Counted from the first letter of the stretch, positions 11,928 to 22,387 are shown. The stretch: DNA of 46,770 bases from Actinomycetota bacterium (GCA_009886115.1 VFJJ01000066.1:1-46770), one strand, 5' to 3'. Translations and numbers: made by a program. Notes: a model not told the origin generated them from the sequence alone.

Positions 11928-14069
11928 ATGTCCGACCCCACGCTCGATGCCTGGCGGGCGACCGCCAGCAAGGAACTGGGTGGAGCCGATCCCGACTCGC
12001 TCACGCGCCTCCGACCCGAGGGCCTGGCCGTCAAGGCGCTGTACACCGAGGCCGACCTCGAAGGCATCGAGTTCGTGGGCTCGCTCCCGGGCCTCGACCC
12101 CTTCGTACGCGGCGTCCGAGCGACCATGTACTCGAACCGGCCCTGGACGATCCGGCAGTACGCGGGTTTCTCAACCGCTGAAGAGTCGAACGCGTTCTAC
12201 CGCAAGAACCTGGCGGCTGGGCAGCAAGGCATCTCGGTGGCGTTCGACCTGGCGACGCATCGCGGCTACGACTCCGATCATCCACGAGTGGTTGGCGATG
12301 TCGGCAAGGCCGGCGTCGCGATCGATTCCGTCGAAGACATGCTCGTCCTCTTCGACGGGATCCCGCTCGACACGATGAGCGTGTCGATGACCATGAACGG
12401 CGCCGTCCTACCCGTGCTCGCGGGGTACATCGTCGCCGCCGAGGAGCAGGGAGTCAGGCAGGATCAGCTCAACGGGACCATCCAGAACGACATCCTCAAG
12501 GAGTTCATGGTCCGCAACACCTACATCTACCCGCCGGCGCCGAGCATGAGGATCGTTGCCGACATCATCGAGTACACCTCGGCCCACATGCCGAAGTTCA
12601 ACTCGATCTCGATCTCCGGCTACCACATGCAAGAAGCCGGAGCCACCGCGGTCCAGGAGCTGGCCTTCACCCTCGCCGACGGGCTCGAGTACGTACGCAC
12701 CGCGACGGCACGCGGTTTCGACATCGATGCCTTCGCCGGGCGGCTCTCGTTCTTCTTCGCCATCGGCATGGACTTCTTCATGGAGATCGCCAAGCTGCGG
12801 GCGGCCCGGCTCCTGTGGGCACGGATCATCGGCCAGTTCGAGCCGAAGAAGCCCGGGTCATCGATGCTGCGGACCCACTGCCAGACCTCGGGCGTGTCGC
12901 TCACCGAGCAGGACCCGTACAACAACGTCGTTCGCACGACCATCGAAGCCCTCGCCGCTGTCCTCGGCGGCACCCAGAGCCTCCACACCAACAGCTTCGA
13001 CGAGGCCATCGCCCTGCCCACCGAGTTCAGCGCCCGGATCGCCCGCAACACCCAGCTCATCCTGGCCGAGGAGACCGGCGTCACCCACGTCGTCGACCCG
13101 TTGGGCGGCAGCTACTACGTCGAAGCGCTCACCGACTCGCTCGCCGCGGCCGCCTGGGCGCTCATCCAGGAGGTCGAGGAGCTCGGCGGCATGACCAAGG
13201 CCGTCGAGTCGGGCATGCCCAAGCTGCGGATCGAGGACTCGGCAGCCCGTCGCCAGGCCCGGGTCGACCGCGGTGAAGACGTCATCGTCGGGGTCAACAC
13301 GTACCGGTTGGCCGAGGAAGCGTCGTTCGACATCCTCGATGTCGACAATGCTTCGGTGCGCGAGCAGCAGATCACCCGGCTGGCGCATCTCCGGGCCAAC
13401 CGCGACGAAGCTGCCTGTCAAGCAGCGCTCCAACGCCTCACCGAGGGCGCGGCGGGCACCGCGAACCTCTTGGAGCTCTCGGTCGAGGCCACCCGGGCCC
13501 GGGCCACCGTGGGCGAGATCTCCGACGCCCTCGAGCAGGTCTTCACCCGCCACAAGGCGGTCATCCGCTCGATCGCCGGCGTGTACGGATCGGCGTACGA
13601 GGACGACGCCAACTTCCAGCGCATCGTGGCCGACATCGAGGTCTTCGCCAAGGAGGAAGGGCGCCGACCCCGCATCCTCGTGGCCAAGATGGGCCAGGAC
13701 GGCCACGACCGCGGCGGCAAGGTCATCGCCACAGCCTTCGCCGACCTCGGCTTCGATGTCGACATCGGCCCCCTGTTCCAGACCCCCGGCGAAACCGCTC
13801 GCATGGCCATCGAGCACGACGTCCACGTCGTCGGGGTCTCGAGCCAGGCGGCGGGGCACAAGACCCTGGTGCCCGAGCTCATCGGCGAGTTGGCCCGCCT
13901 CGGCGCCGGCGACGTGATCGTCGTGTGCGGCGGGGTGATCCCTGCGCAGGACTACGAGTTCCTCCGGCAAGCGGGCGTGGCCGCGATCTACGGTCCGGGC
14001 ACGAACATCCCGGCAGCGGCCGGCGAGATCCTCGCGATCCTCCGGCAGCAGCGTCGACCGGCGGCGTGA
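11928..14069 (+). CDS. scpA: Methylmalonyl-CoA mutase (adenosylcobalamin-dependent, catalytic subunit)
   Basis: [40 protein letters not shown] and [10 protein letters not shown] (DxHxxG B12 ligand). GGAGG RBS upstream. Confidence 0.97.
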   Translation: MSDPTLDAWRATASKELGGADPDSLTRLRPEGLAVKALYTEADLEGIEFVGSLPGLDPFVRGVRATMYSNRPWTIRQYAGFSTAEESNAFYRKNLAAGQQGISVAFDLATHRGYDSDHPRVVGDVGKAGVAIDSVEDMLVLFDGIPLDTMSVSMTMNGAVLPVLAGYIVAAEEQGVRQDQLNGTIQNDILKEFMVRNTYIYPPAPSMRIVADIIEYTSAHMPKFNSISISGYHMQEAGATAVQELAFTLADGLEYVRTATARGFDIDAFAGRLSFFFAIGMDFFMEIAKLRAARLLWARIIGQFEPKKPGSSMLRTHCQTSGVSLTEQDPYNNVVRTTIEALAAVLGGTQSLHTNSFDEAIALPTEFSARIARNTQLILAEETGVTHVVDPLGGSYYVEALTDSLAAAAWALIQEVEELGGMTKAVESGMPKLRIEDSAARRQARVDRGEDVIVGVNTYRLAEEASFDILDVDNASVREQQITRLAHLRANRDEAACQAALQRLTEGAAGTANLLELSVEATRARATVGEISDALEQVFTRHKAVIRSIAGVYGSAYEDDANFQRIVADIEVFAKEEGRRPRILVAKMGQDGHDRGGKVIATAFADLGFDVDIGPLFQTPGETARMAIEHDVHVVGVSSQAAGHKTLVPELIGELARLGAGDVIVVCGGVIPAQDYEFLRQAGVAAIYGPGTNIPAAAGEILAILRQQRRPAA

Positions 14070-15121
14070 GCGACCCCGACCCCGAGGTGCCGGCCCTGGT
14101 CGCCGGCGTCCGCGCCGGCGACCGGCGCTCGATCGGGCGCGCCATCACCCTGGTCGAGTCGACGCGCCCCGACCATCGCCCCCTCGCCGAGGCCCTGCTC
14201 GCCGAGCTGCTCCCCCACACGGGGAGCTCGATCCGCATCGGGATCTCGGGGCCTCCCGGGGTCGGCAAGTCGACCTTCATCGAGACCTTCGGGCTGCACG
14301 TCATCGAGCGAGGTCATCGGATCGCGGTCCTCGCGGTCGATCCTTCCTCAGCACGCACCGGTGGCTCGATCCTCGGTGACCAGACCCGGATGGAGGAGCT
14401 GTCGCGCGACGAACGGGCGTTCATCCGGCCCTCGCCCAGCGGCGGAACCCTCGGAGGGGTGACTCGCCGAACCCGCGAGGTCCTCCTCGTCTGCGAGGCG
14501 GCCGGCTTCGACGTGGTCATCGTCGAGACCGTCGGCGTGGGCCAATCCGAGTTCGCGGTGGCGGACATGGTCGACGTGTTCGTCCTCCTGCTCTCACCCG
14601 GGGGCGGCGACGAGCTCCAGGGCATCAAGCGGGGGATCATGGAGCTCGCCGACGTGCTGATCGTCACCAAGGACGACGGCGACCTGGCGCCGGCGGCCCG
14701 TCGAACCGCCGCCGAGTACGCCAGCGCGCTGGCGCGGATGCGGGCCCGCTCACCCCACTGGAAGCCCCGGGTCCAGACGGTGTCGGCGATCGTGGGTATC
14801 GGCGTCGCCGAGGTCTGGAACACGATCGAGCAGTTCCGGACCGGGCTCTCGACCTTCGGCGCACTCGAAGAACGCCGCCGCGACCAGGCCCACGACTGGC
14901 TGATGGCCGAGCTCGTCGACGGCCTCGTCGATGCGCTCCACGACGACCCCGCGACCGCCGAGCAGGTGGCCGAGCTCGACGACGAGGTCCGAGCCGGACG
15001 GCTCGCGGCCCCGGTCGCGGCTCGCACGCTCCTCGCCACCTTCCTCGGTCGCTCGCGCCCGACGCCGATACCCGCACCCGCATCGGGCGCCGACGGAGGC
15101 CCTCCGCTACCTCCGATGTAG
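14066..15121 (+). CDS. meaB: Methylmalonyl-CoA mutase-associated GTPase
   Basis: [10 protein letters not shown]-loop, [23 protein letters not shown] and [14 protein letters not shown] overlap with the mutase stop. Confidence 0.96.
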   Translation: MSDPDPEVPALVAGVRAGDRRSIGRAITLVESTRPDHRPLAEALLAELLPHTGSSIRIGISGPPGVGKSTFIETFGLHVIERGHRIAVLAVDPSSARTGGSILGDQTRMEELSRDERAFIRPSPSGGTLGGVTRRTREVLLVCEAAGFDVVIVETVGVGQSEFAVADMVDVFVLLLSPGGGDELQGIKRGIMELADVLIVTKDDGDLAPAARRTAAEYASALARMRARSPHWKPRVQTVSAIVGIGVAEVWNTIEQFRTGLSTFGALEERRRDQAHDWLMAELVDGLVDALHDDPATAEQVAELDDEVRAGRLAAPVAARTLLATFLGRSRPTPIPAPASGADGGPPLPPM

Positions 15122-15256
15122 TTACACGATCTTTCATTGACTTTCATGATTCCCCGTGCGATCGTGTGATCAAGTGATCACGGAGAGCGCGAGGCTCCGT
15201 GCCCGATCGACGGTGCCGCCGACCCGGCGCCGTCCCCCCACGGAGGTCTGCTCCCC

Positions 15257-15955
15257 ATGCCCGTCACGCTGCGCGTCCTGCCCTGGCCCGATCCGATCAT
15301 CGACACCCTGGGGCACGATCCCCGCTCGCTCTACGTCGAGACGTTCCTGCTGCCGACCCTGGGTCCGACCTGCGTGCTGCTCGGACGTCACCTGGCCCAG
15401 CGCTTCGAGCACGAGCCCGACGGCTTCGAGCTCGACGTGGCCGAGACCTCGGTCGTGCTCGGGCTCGGCCCCCGGGAGGGCAACCAGTCGCCCGTCATGC
15501 GGACCCTGCTCCGACTGGCCCAGTTCGACCTGGCCGCCCCGCAGACCCCGGGCCCTCCCACGCCGATGCCGCCCACACCCGGCCCGCCCACCCCGACGCC
15601 CAGCCCTCCGCATCCGCCCTCGCCAACGGTCCGGCCGGCCGACGTCACGTCGTGGCTCGTCCGGCGGGCGTTCCCGCCGGTGAACCGCCGTCACGTGGGC
15701 AGGCTCACTCCCCGGCTCCAGGTCGCGCTCCAGGCGTGGAACGATCCACAGGCGGGAGCCACCGGGCTCGAGCAGGCCCGGCGCCGGGCCCGCCAAAGTG
15801 CTTTCGTGCTGCTCGAGGCGGGATCCGATGTCGACGTGACCGAACGCCGCTTGGTCGGCATGGGGTTCCATCCCGCCCTGTGCCGCCCGGCGGTCGAGTG
15901 GGCAGCAGCTCGCCACCGAGGGGCCGACGAGCTGCTGAGCGCTGCGAAGGGCTGA
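15257..15955 (+). CDS. Conserved hypothetical protein, possible winged-helix domain, with a Pro-rich insert
   Basis: 232-aa ORF with a GGAGG RBS and globular N-terminus (PWPDPIIDTLGHDPRSLYVETFLLPTLGPT). Pro/Thr repeats lie at about 15541-15640. Confidence 0.78.
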   Translation: MPVTLRVLPWPDPIIDTLGHDPRSLYVETFLLPTLGPTCVLLGRHLAQRFEHEPDGFELDVAETSVVLGLGPREGNQSPVMRTLLRLAQFDLAAPQTPGPPTPMPPTPGPPTPTPSPPHPPSPTVRPADVTSWLVRRAFPPVNRRHVGRLTPRLQVALQAWNDPQAGATGLEQARRRARQSAFVLLEAGSDVDVTERRLVGMGFHPALCRPAVEWAAARHRGADELLSAAKG

Positions 15956-15994
15956 CCGAGATACTGCTCGCAGAGGCCGGATATCGTCGCGCTG

Positions 15995-16759
15995 ATGAAC
16001 GACGAACGCGAGACCGTCGCCCAGATCGCGGGCTTGCTCCGCGGCGCCCGATCGGTCGTGGCCCTCACCGGCGCCGGGATCTCGACCGAGTCCGGTATTC
16101 CCGACTTCCGCGGGCCCGACGGCGTGTGGACCAAGAATCCCGAGGCCGAGAAGACGGCGAACCTGCAGCACTACCTCGCCGAGCGCGAGGTCAGGATCCG
16201 ATCCTGGCGCCAACGCATCGACACCGACATGTGGACCAAGACGCCGAATGCCGGCCATCGGGCCCTGGTCGATCTCGAACGACGCGACCGTCTCGACACG
16301 CTCGTCACCCAGAACGTCGACTCGCTCCACCACAAGGCGGGATCGTCACCGGCGCGGGTGATCGAGATCCACGGCACGGTCCGCGACTACGAGTGCCTCA
16401 CCTGTCACGACCGGGGGCCCATCGAGATCGTGCTCGACCGGGTGCGCGCTGGAGACCCCGATCCGGCGTGTCTGGCCTGCGAGGGCATCCTCAAGTCGGC
16501 GACGATCAGCTTCGGTCAGAACTTGGTCCCCGCCGATCTCGACCGGGCCCAGAGCGCGGCCGAGCGCTGCGACGTGTTCATGGCCATCGGCACGTCGCTC
16601 ACGGTCCATCCGGTCGCGCTCCTCCCGGAGATGGCCCTGCGCTCGGGCGCCCATCTCGTGATCGTGAACGCCCAGGCCACCCCGTTCGACCGCGCGGCCA
16701 CCGCCGTCACCCGGGGTCAGATCGGGTCCGTGCTCCCGGCCATCGTCGCCGAGCTCTGA
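15995..16759 (+). CDS. cobB: Sir2-family NAD-dependent protein deacylase
   Basis: TGAGISTESGIPDFRG, TQNVD, IHG, CxxC...CxxC zinc site and GTSL. Confidence 0.95.
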   Translation: MNDERETVAQIAGLLRGARSVVALTGAGISTESGIPDFRGPDGVWTKNPEAEKTANLQHYLAEREVRIRSWRQRIDTDMWTKTPNAGHRALVDLERRDRLDTLVTQNVDSLHHKAGSSPARVIEIHGTVRDYECLTCHDRGPIEIVLDRVRAGDPDPACLACEGILKSATISFGQNLVPADLDRAQSAAERCDVFMAIGTSLTVHPVALLPEMALRSGAHLVIVNAQATPFDRAATAVTRGQIGSVLPAIVAEL

Positions 16760-16830
16760 GGCGGGCACGACCCGAGAAGGGCGGGAAACGCGCCCGTCGG
16801 CGCCGAAACAGACGACCCGGCCTCGCCGGA

Positions 16831-16854
16831 ATACCCGACAGATTGGTAGGGTTT
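16831..16854. promoter_or_regulatory. Imperfect palindrome resembling an Rrf2-family (IscR/CymR-type) operator
   Basis: ATACCCGAC-AGATTG-GTAGGGTTT, an AT-rich island about 60 bp upstream of moeB. Confidence 0.5.
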
Positions 16855-16914
16855 CCGTCGCGTCGTGCGTCCCTCGGGCGCGCGCATCCGCAATCACCTC
16901 CGGAGGGCCCAACG

Positions 16915-18099
16915 ATGGCCAGCTTCCGCGATCTTCTCGCCCGCACCAAGGCCGAGATCAGCGAGATCCAACCCTCGGACGCCGAGCCTCTCATGGGCGA
17001 CGGCACCGTGTTCCTCGACGTCCGCGAGGGCGACGAGTTCGAGCAGGGAACGATCCCGGGAGCGCTGTTCATCCCCCGGGGCCACCTCGAGGCGCAGATC
17101 GAGAACAAGCTTCCCGACAAGGAGACCTCGATCGTCGTCTACTGCGCCGGCGGTGTCCGCTCGGCGTTCGCGGCGAAGACCCTGGGTGAGTTGGGCTACG
17201 AGTCGGTCAGATCTCTCGTCGGCGGCTTCGGGAAGTGGAAGAACGAGGGCCGGCCGTGGATCACGCCGGCGGTGCTCTCGGGGGAGCAGCGCAACCGCTA
17301 CCACCGTCACATCCTGTTGCCCGAGGTGGGCGAGGCCGGTCAGCAGAAGCTGCTCGAGGCCAAGGTGCTCATGCTCGGCGCCGGCGGGTTGGGATCGCCC
17401 TCGGCGTTGTACCTCGCCGCCGCCGGGGTGGGCACGCTGGGGATCGTCGACATGGACGTCGTCGACGCCTCGAACCTCCAGCGACAGATCCTCCACAACA
17501 TGGACCGCATCGGTGACCGGAAGGTCGACTCGGCGAAGAAGACCCTCACCGCGCTCAACCCCGACGTCAACGTCGTCACCTACGACACCCGCTTCGGCGC
17601 CGACAACGTGCTCGACATCATCGACGGCTACGACGTGATCGTCGACGGCACCGACAACTTCCCCACCCGCTACCTGCTCAACGACGCCGCGCTGCTCAAG
17701 AGGATCCCCGTGGTGCACGGCTCGATCTTCCGCTTCGAGGGCCAGGTCTCGGTGTTCAAGCCCTACGAGGGCCCGTGCTACCGCTGCCTGCTGCCCGAGC
17801 CCCCGCCGCCGGAGCTCGCCCCGTCGTGTGCCGAGGCCGGCGTGCTCGGCGTGCTGCCCGGCATCGTCGGCTCGCTCCAGGCGCTCGAGGCCATCAAGCT
17901 CATCCTCGGTCTCGGCGATCCCCTCGTGGGCCGGCTCTTGGCCTACGACGCCCTCGAGGTGTCGTTCCGGTCGTTCAAGGTGCGGCGCGACCCGCACTGC
18001 CCGGCCTGTGGCGAAGGGGCCCAGATCGTCATCGGCGAGTACGACGACCACTGCCTCCCGCACGCCGTGCTGGCCGACGGGACCGTCCTGGGCCACTGA
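16915..18099 (+). CDS. moeB: Sulfur-carrier adenylyltransferase MoeB/ThiF with N-terminal rhodanese domain
   Basis: LDVRE...YCAGGVRS rhodanese loop, then RYHRH, GAGGLGSP, SNLQRQ, DGTDNF, CYRC, SCAEAGVLG and CPAC. GGAGG before ATG 16915. Confidence 0.94.
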   Translation: MASFRDLLARTKAEISEIQPSDAEPLMGDGTVFLDVREGDEFEQGTIPGALFIPRGHLEAQIENKLPDKETSIVVYCAGGVRSAFAAKTLGELGYESVRSLVGGFGKWKNEGRPWITPAVLSGEQRNRYHRHILLPEVGEAGQQKLLEAKVLMLGAGGLGSPSALYLAAAGVGTLGIVDMDVVDASNLQRQILHNMDRIGDRKVDSAKKTLTALNPDVNVVTYDTRFGADNVLDIIDGYDVIVDGTDNFPTRYLLNDAALLKRIPVVHGSIFRFEGQVSVFKPYEGPCYRCLLPEPPPPELAPSCAEAGVLGVLPGIVGSLQALEAIKLILGLGDPLVGRLLAYDALEVSFRSFKVRRDPHCPACGEGAQIVIGEYDDHCLPHAVLADGTVLGH

Positions 18100-18134
18100 G
18101 GCCGCGAGGCCCGGCCACTCTGTGCGTCACGCGT

Positions 18135-18162
18135 CGAGGGGCGGCTCACCAGCCGCCCCTCG
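18135..18162. terminator. Perfect 12-bp hairpin between convergent moeB and peroxiredoxin genes
   Basis: CGAGGGGCGGCT-CACC-AGCCGCCCCTCG; no U-tract. Confidence 0.65.
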
Positions 18163-18213
18163 TGCGCATCTCACCGACGCCGGTGGCGCCGCCCGTGTCC
18201 GAATGCGCGAGCG

Positions 18214-18849
18214 CTACACGCCGGGCTGGGGCACGTAGCGCAGGTAGGGCTTCACCGCGTTCCAGCCGTTGGGGAACTTCTCCTTGGCCATCTCGTCGGT
18301 GACCGACGACGCGATGATCACGTCCTCGCCGTGCTTCCAGTTCACCGGGGTGGCAACGGAGTACTTGGCCGTGAGCTGCAGCGAGTCGACAACCCGGAGG
18401 ATCTCGTCGAAGTTCCGGCCCGTCGACGCCGGATACGTGATGATCAGCTTGATCTTCTTGTCGGCGCCGATCACGAACACCGACCGCACCGTGAGCGTGT
18501 CGTTGGCGTTCGGGTGGATCATGTCGTAGAGGTCCGACACCACACGATCGGAATCGGCGATCAGCGGGTAGTTGAGCGCCGTGCCCTGGGTTTCCTCGAT
18601 GTCGCCGACCCAGCCCCGGTGCGACTCGATCGGGTCGACCGACAGGCCCAGCACCTTCACGTTGCGCTTGTCGAACTCGGGCTTGAGCTTGGCCACGTAG
18701 CCCAGCTCGGTCGTGCAGACCGGCGTGAAGTCCTTGGGGTGCGAGAACAGGATCCCCCAGCCATCGCCGAGGTAGTCGTAGAGGTTGATCTTTCCATCGG
18801 TGGTCTCGACGGTGAAGTCGGGTGCAGCGTCACCCAGGCGAAGGGCCAT
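18214..18849 (-). CDS. 1-Cys peroxiredoxin (Prx6 subfamily)
   Basis: FSHPKDFTPVCTTE, TVRSVFVI, YPASTGRNFDEILR and TPVNW. GGAG before ATG 18849. Confidence 0.96.
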   Translation of the reverse strand: MALRLGDAAPDFTVETTDGKINLYDYLGDGWGILFSHPKDFTPVCTTELGYVAKLKPEFDKRNVKVLGLSVDPIESHRGWVGDIEETQGTALNYPLIADSDRVVSDLYDMIHPNANDTLTVRSVFVIGADKKIKLIITYPASTGRNFDEILRVVDSLQLTAKYSVATPVNWKHGEDVIIASSVTDEMAKEKFPNGWNAVKPYLRYVPQPGV

Positions 18850-18986
18850 CGGTGTCTCCTTGGCAGGTTCGGTTGTCCGAAGCCGGCGCGCGGGCTCCGG
18901 TGGTCGAACACTACCGAGTCGCCGACACGACATCGACCCCTGAATTGCCGTCCGATACGCTCCCGTGCGTGCCCGGCCGCCCCAGC

Positions 18987-20126
18987 GTGACCAGACGTTC
19001 CGCCCGGTGGTCGTGCGCCTCTGCGGTGGCGCTGTGCGCGGTGCTCGTCGGATGCTCGAGCGCGGCCGGCGATCCAGGCAGCGCACCCACCGACGACACC
19101 CGTCCCCTCCCGTCGAGCCCGCCGGCGTCGGCACCCGCACCGGTGGAGATCCTCCCGGCGTCGACCGCCTCGACGGCTCCGCCGAGCACCACCACCACGG
19201 CGGCGCCGACCACCACGACCGAACCACCGCCACCGGAGTGGTCGATGCTCATCGCCGGTGACGTGCTGATGGACTGGACGGAGGCCGCCCGGCAGGATCC
19301 CTTCGCGGGCGTGGTCCCGGCGCTGTCGAGTGCCGACGTGGCCGTAGTCAACTCCGAGCAGGCGATCGGCGCCGGCGGGGTCGCCGACGCCAAGGAGTTC
19401 ACGTTCATCGCGCCACCGTCGGCGGCCACGACACTGGCCACAGCCGGGATCGACGTCGTGAGCCTCGGGAACAACCACGCCAAGGACTTCGGCCCCGACG
19501 TGTTCGGGCAGACCCGCCAGCTCCTCGCCGACGCCGGCATCGTCAGCATCGGCGGCGGGGCCAACGTGGAGGAGGCCTTCGCTCCGGCGTCGCTCGACGT
19601 GAAGGGCGTGAAGGTCGCCATCTTCGCTGCCACCACGATCCTCCCGGGAGGCTTCGCTGCCGGGCGCGAACGACCGGGTGTGGCGTCAGCCGACGACGAT
19701 GCCGGCAAGGACCGTCTGGTTGCCGCGGTCCGAGCCGCCAAGGCGTTCCACCCGGTCGTGATCGTCTTCCTCCACTGGGGGATCGAGCGCGACGTCTGTC
19801 CGAGCCCGGAGCAGACCACGCTCGCCGACCGCCTGGTGGAGGCCGGGGCGACGGTGGTCGTCGGAGCCCATCCCCATGTGCTGCAACCAGTCGTGGCCCG
19901 ACCGGGCTCGCTCGTCGCCTACTCGCTCGGGAACTTCGTGTTCCACAATCGCACCGGCCCGGCCGGAGAGACGATCGTCCTCGAGCTGCGCTTCACCGGC
20001 CCCACCCTCATCGGCTTCGCGGGCCATCCTCACGAGCTCGGGACGGGCGTCCCGCTCCCCGCCAACCCCGACGCCGCCCAGCGCATCGCCGACCGTCTCA
20101 ACCCACTGGGGTGCAACCTCGCCTGA
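18987..20126 (+). CDS. CapA-family metallophosphoesterase lipoprotein
   Basis: Signal peptide with lipobox LVGC and a Pro/Thr linker, then GDV, VNSE, GNNH..DFG, HWG.E, GAHPHVLQ and YSLGNFVF. Start is inferred. Confidence 0.9.
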   Translation: MTRRSARWSCASAVALCAVLVGCSSAAGDPGSAPTDDTRPLPSSPPASAPAPVEILPASTASTAPPSTTTTAAPTTTTEPPPPEWSMLIAGDVLMDWTEAARQDPFAGVVPALSSADVAVVNSEQAIGAGGVADAKEFTFIAPPSAATTLATAGIDVVSLGNNHAKDFGPDVFGQTRQLLADAGIVSIGGGANVEEAFAPASLDVKGVKVAIFAATTILPGGFAAGRERPGVASADDDAGKDRLVAAVRAAKAFHPVVIVFLHWGIERDVCPSPEQTTLADRLVEAGATVVVGAHPHVLQPVVARPGSLVAYSLGNFVFHNRTGPAGETIVLELRFTGPTLIGFAGHPHELGTGVPLPANPDAAQRIADRLNPLGCNLA

Positions 20127-20163
20127 CCCAGCCAGGAGCGACCGACGTCCACCCCACCCCACT

Positions 20164-20215
20164 CGAACACCTGTCGCTCAACCGCACCAGGCGCCCTTCG
20201 AGCGACAGGTGCTCG
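20164..20215. repeat. REP-like palindromic element, copy 1
   Basis: CGAACACCTGTCGCTC...GAGCGACAGGTGCTCG; the same arms recur at 34562-34608. Confidence 0.8.
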
Positions 20216-20227
20216 CCCGGGAAACGG

Positions 20228-21736
20228 TCAGGGCTTGGAGTACGAGCAGCAGAGCTCGACGAGCGTGCGCACGGCGAATCCCGTGCCGCCCTTGCGGTTG
20301 TAGGCGCCGTCGGACGCGGCTCGGGCGGGGCCGGCGATGTCGAGGTGCACCCAGGGAACCGATCCGACGAACTCCCTGAGGAACAGGGCCGCGGTGATGG
20401 CCCCGCCGTAACGGCCGGCGCCGGAGTTCTTGATGTCGGCGACGTCGGAGACGATCAGCGGCTTGTAGAACTCGGGCATGGGCATCGGCCACATCGATTC
20501 GGCCGTGCGGTCGGCGGCGGCCTTCACCTGTTGGCCCCAACCGTCGTGCGAAGCGAAGAGGCCGGCGATGTCGGAGCCCAGGGCCACCATGCAGGCGCCC
20601 GTGAGCGTGGCCAGATCGATGATCGCCTCGGGCTCGTCCTCGACGGCGAGCGAGAGGGCATCCGCGAGAATCAGCCGGCCCTCGGCATCGGTGTTGAGCA
20701 CCTCGACGGTCTTGCCGTTGCGGATCCGCAACACGTCACCGGGCTTGACCGCGGAACCCGACGGCATGTTGTCGGTGAGCGGGATGTACCCGGTGACCTT
20801 GACCCGACAGTCGATGGCCGACAGCACCGACATCGCGGCCAGAACCGCCGCCGCCCCCGACATGTCGGTCTTCATGGTCTCCATGCCGTCGGCCGTCTTG
20901 AGCGACAGACCGCCCGAGTCGAAGGTGACGCCTTTACCCACCAGGGCCAGGTTTCCCTTGGCCTGCTTGGGCGGGACGTACTCGAGCTTCACGAACCGGG
21001 GCGGTTCGGTGGAGCCCCGGTTGACGCCCAGCAGCCCGCCGAGCTTGAGCCGCTTGATGGCCGCCTCGTCGAGCACGGTCACCTTGAGCCCCGAGGCCTT
21101 ACCCACCTTGACGGCGTCGGCCGCGAAGTCGACGGCGCTGAGCGAGCCTCCCGGCTCGTTGACGAGGTCCCGGGCCCTGATGACCGCTCCGGCGATGGCG
21201 CTACCCCGGGCCAGACCGGCCTTGACCGCCTTGACGACGGCCGCGTTCCCGCCACCGAGGGCAACGACCTTGGTGAGCGACGTCGGCTTGCCCTCGGGCT
21301 TGTACCGGAGGAACTCGTAGGCCCCGAGATGCACGCCTTCCGCGACAGCCTGGGCCACCGAACCCGAGTCGGCTCCCTCGGGACCGGCCCCGAGCAGGGT
21401 CGTGGCCACCGTGGTCACCTTGTTGGCTCGACGGGCCACGGCTGCCGCGGCGCGACGCAGCGTGTCGAGCGTGACGGCCTCCCTCTTGCCCAAGCCCACG
21501 AAGGTGATCGCGGCGGCGGCCACACCCCCGTTCGAGACCGGGACGGTGATCGTGGAGCCGACCTTGCCCTCGAAACCAGCCCCGACCATGAACGCGTCGA
21601 GACCGGCGCCGCCGCACGCCGCCCGGGCGAGCTCGCCGCCGACACCGAGCTCGCGCCCTTCATAGACCGGGATGGCCAGCATGTCGGCCTTGACCTTCTC
21701 GGGCGCGCTGGTGCTGGATGTGATGCTGATGGTCAC
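20228..21736 (-). CDS. pepA: Leucyl aminopeptidase (M17)
   Basis: VGKGVTFDSGG, MKTDMSGAA, NTDAEGRL, ATLTGA and WVHLDIAG. GGAGG before GTG 21736. Confidence 0.96.
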   Translation of the reverse strand: MTISITSSTSAPEKVKADMLAIPVYEGRELGVGGELARAACGGAGLDAFMVGAGFEGKVGSTITVPVSNGGVAAAAITFVGLGKREAVTLDTLRRAAAAVARRANKVTTVATTLLGAGPEGADSGSVAQAVAEGVHLGAYEFLRYKPEGKPTSLTKVVALGGGNAAVVKAVKAGLARGSAIAGAVIRARDLVNEPGGSLSAVDFAADAVKVGKASGLKVTVLDEAAIKRLKLGGLLGVNRGSTEPPRFVKLEYVPPKQAKGNLALVGKGVTFDSGGLSLKTADGMETMKTDMSGAAAVLAAMSVLSAIDCRVKVTGYIPLTDNMPSGSAVKPGDVLRIRNGKTVEVLNTDAEGRLILADALSLAVEDEPEAIIDLATLTGACMVALGSDIAGLFASHDGWGQQVKAAADRTAESMWPMPMPEFYKPLIVSDVADIKNSGAGRYGGAITAALFLREFVGSVPWVHLDIAGPARAASDGAYNRKGGTGFAVRTLVELCCSYSKP

Positions 21737-21756
21737 GATTCCTCCACGATGGACGG

Positions 21757-22368
21757 TCAGTTCTCGGGGACGCTGTTCGGCGACCGGGCCGACGCGGGCG
21801 CGTCGTGGTCGGCGCGGGCCGGGCGGAACTCGCCCTCTTGCCAGCGCGCCAGGGTCCAGCACAAGTCGGAGAGGCGGTTCAGGTAGCGCACGACGTTGCT
21901 CTCAGGCGGGATCCAGCCGTCCCGCACCGCCGTCACCGCCGACCGCTCGGCCCGACGCACGACCGAACGAGCAAGGTCGAGACCCGCAGCACGTCGGTTC
22001 TGCCCGGGCAGCACGAACTCCTGCGGCATCTCGAACCGGTCCGTGACGTCGTCGATGATCGGCTCCAGGGCCTCGACCATCCCGGTGGTCACCAGCCACT
22101 GACCAGGCTTGAGCTTGTGGCGGTTCTCGGGTGCGGTCGCCAGCTCGGCGCCGACCACGAAGAGCTCCCGCTGCAGCCGGACGAGCAGCTCGTCGAGCTC
22201 GGAACCCCGATCGCACTCGGCCCGGGCGATGCCGAGCGCCGAGACGGCCTCGTCGACGTCTCCGTACGAGCGGGGACCGACATCGTCCTTGGAGACCCGT
22301 CCGGCGAAGAACAGTCCCGTCGTCCCGTCGTCACCCGTCTTGGTGTACACCTTCATCTCAGACGTCAT
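21757..22368 (-). CDS. ATP:cob(I)alamin adenosyltransferase, PduO type
   Basis: KVYTKTGDDGTT, YGDVDE, FVLPG, ARSVVRRAER and YLNRLSD. Confidence 0.95.
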   Translation of the reverse strand: MTSEMKVYTKTGDDGTTGLFFAGRVSKDDVGPRSYGDVDEAVSALGIARAECDRGSELDELLVRLQRELFVVGAELATAPENRHKLKPGQWLVTTGMVEALEPIIDDVTDRFEMPQEFVLPGQNRRAAGLDLARSVVRRAERSAVTAVRDGWIPPESNVVRYLNRLSDLCWTLARWQEGEFRPARADHDAPASARSPNSVPEN

Positions 22369-22387
22369 CGCATCTCAGACGTCATCG
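22354..22387. repeat. 17-bp perfect tandem duplication CATCTCAGACGTCATCG
   Basis: Copies at 22354-22370 and 22371-22387, spanning the adenosyltransferase start region. Confidence 0.9.

Noticed and set aside
11704..12378. 224-aa ORF with an N-terminal hydrophobic stretch (LAWPAFVLAAVGGWAWLL)
   Set aside because: It overlaps the mutase by about 450 bp out of frame and degrades into low-complexity sequence. The first ~40 codons could be a remnant but cannot be supported.
15995..16759. Sir2 protein as an anti-phage NADase (Thoeris/DSR-like)
   Set aside because: It is a canonical ~250-aa zinc-binding CobB-type sirtuin with no defence partner genes.
15199..18099. 966-aa ORF suggesting a giant MoeB fusion
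   Set aside because: The first ~570 codons are Arg/Pro-rich off-frame read-through of two real genes; the true start is ATG 16915 with an RBS.
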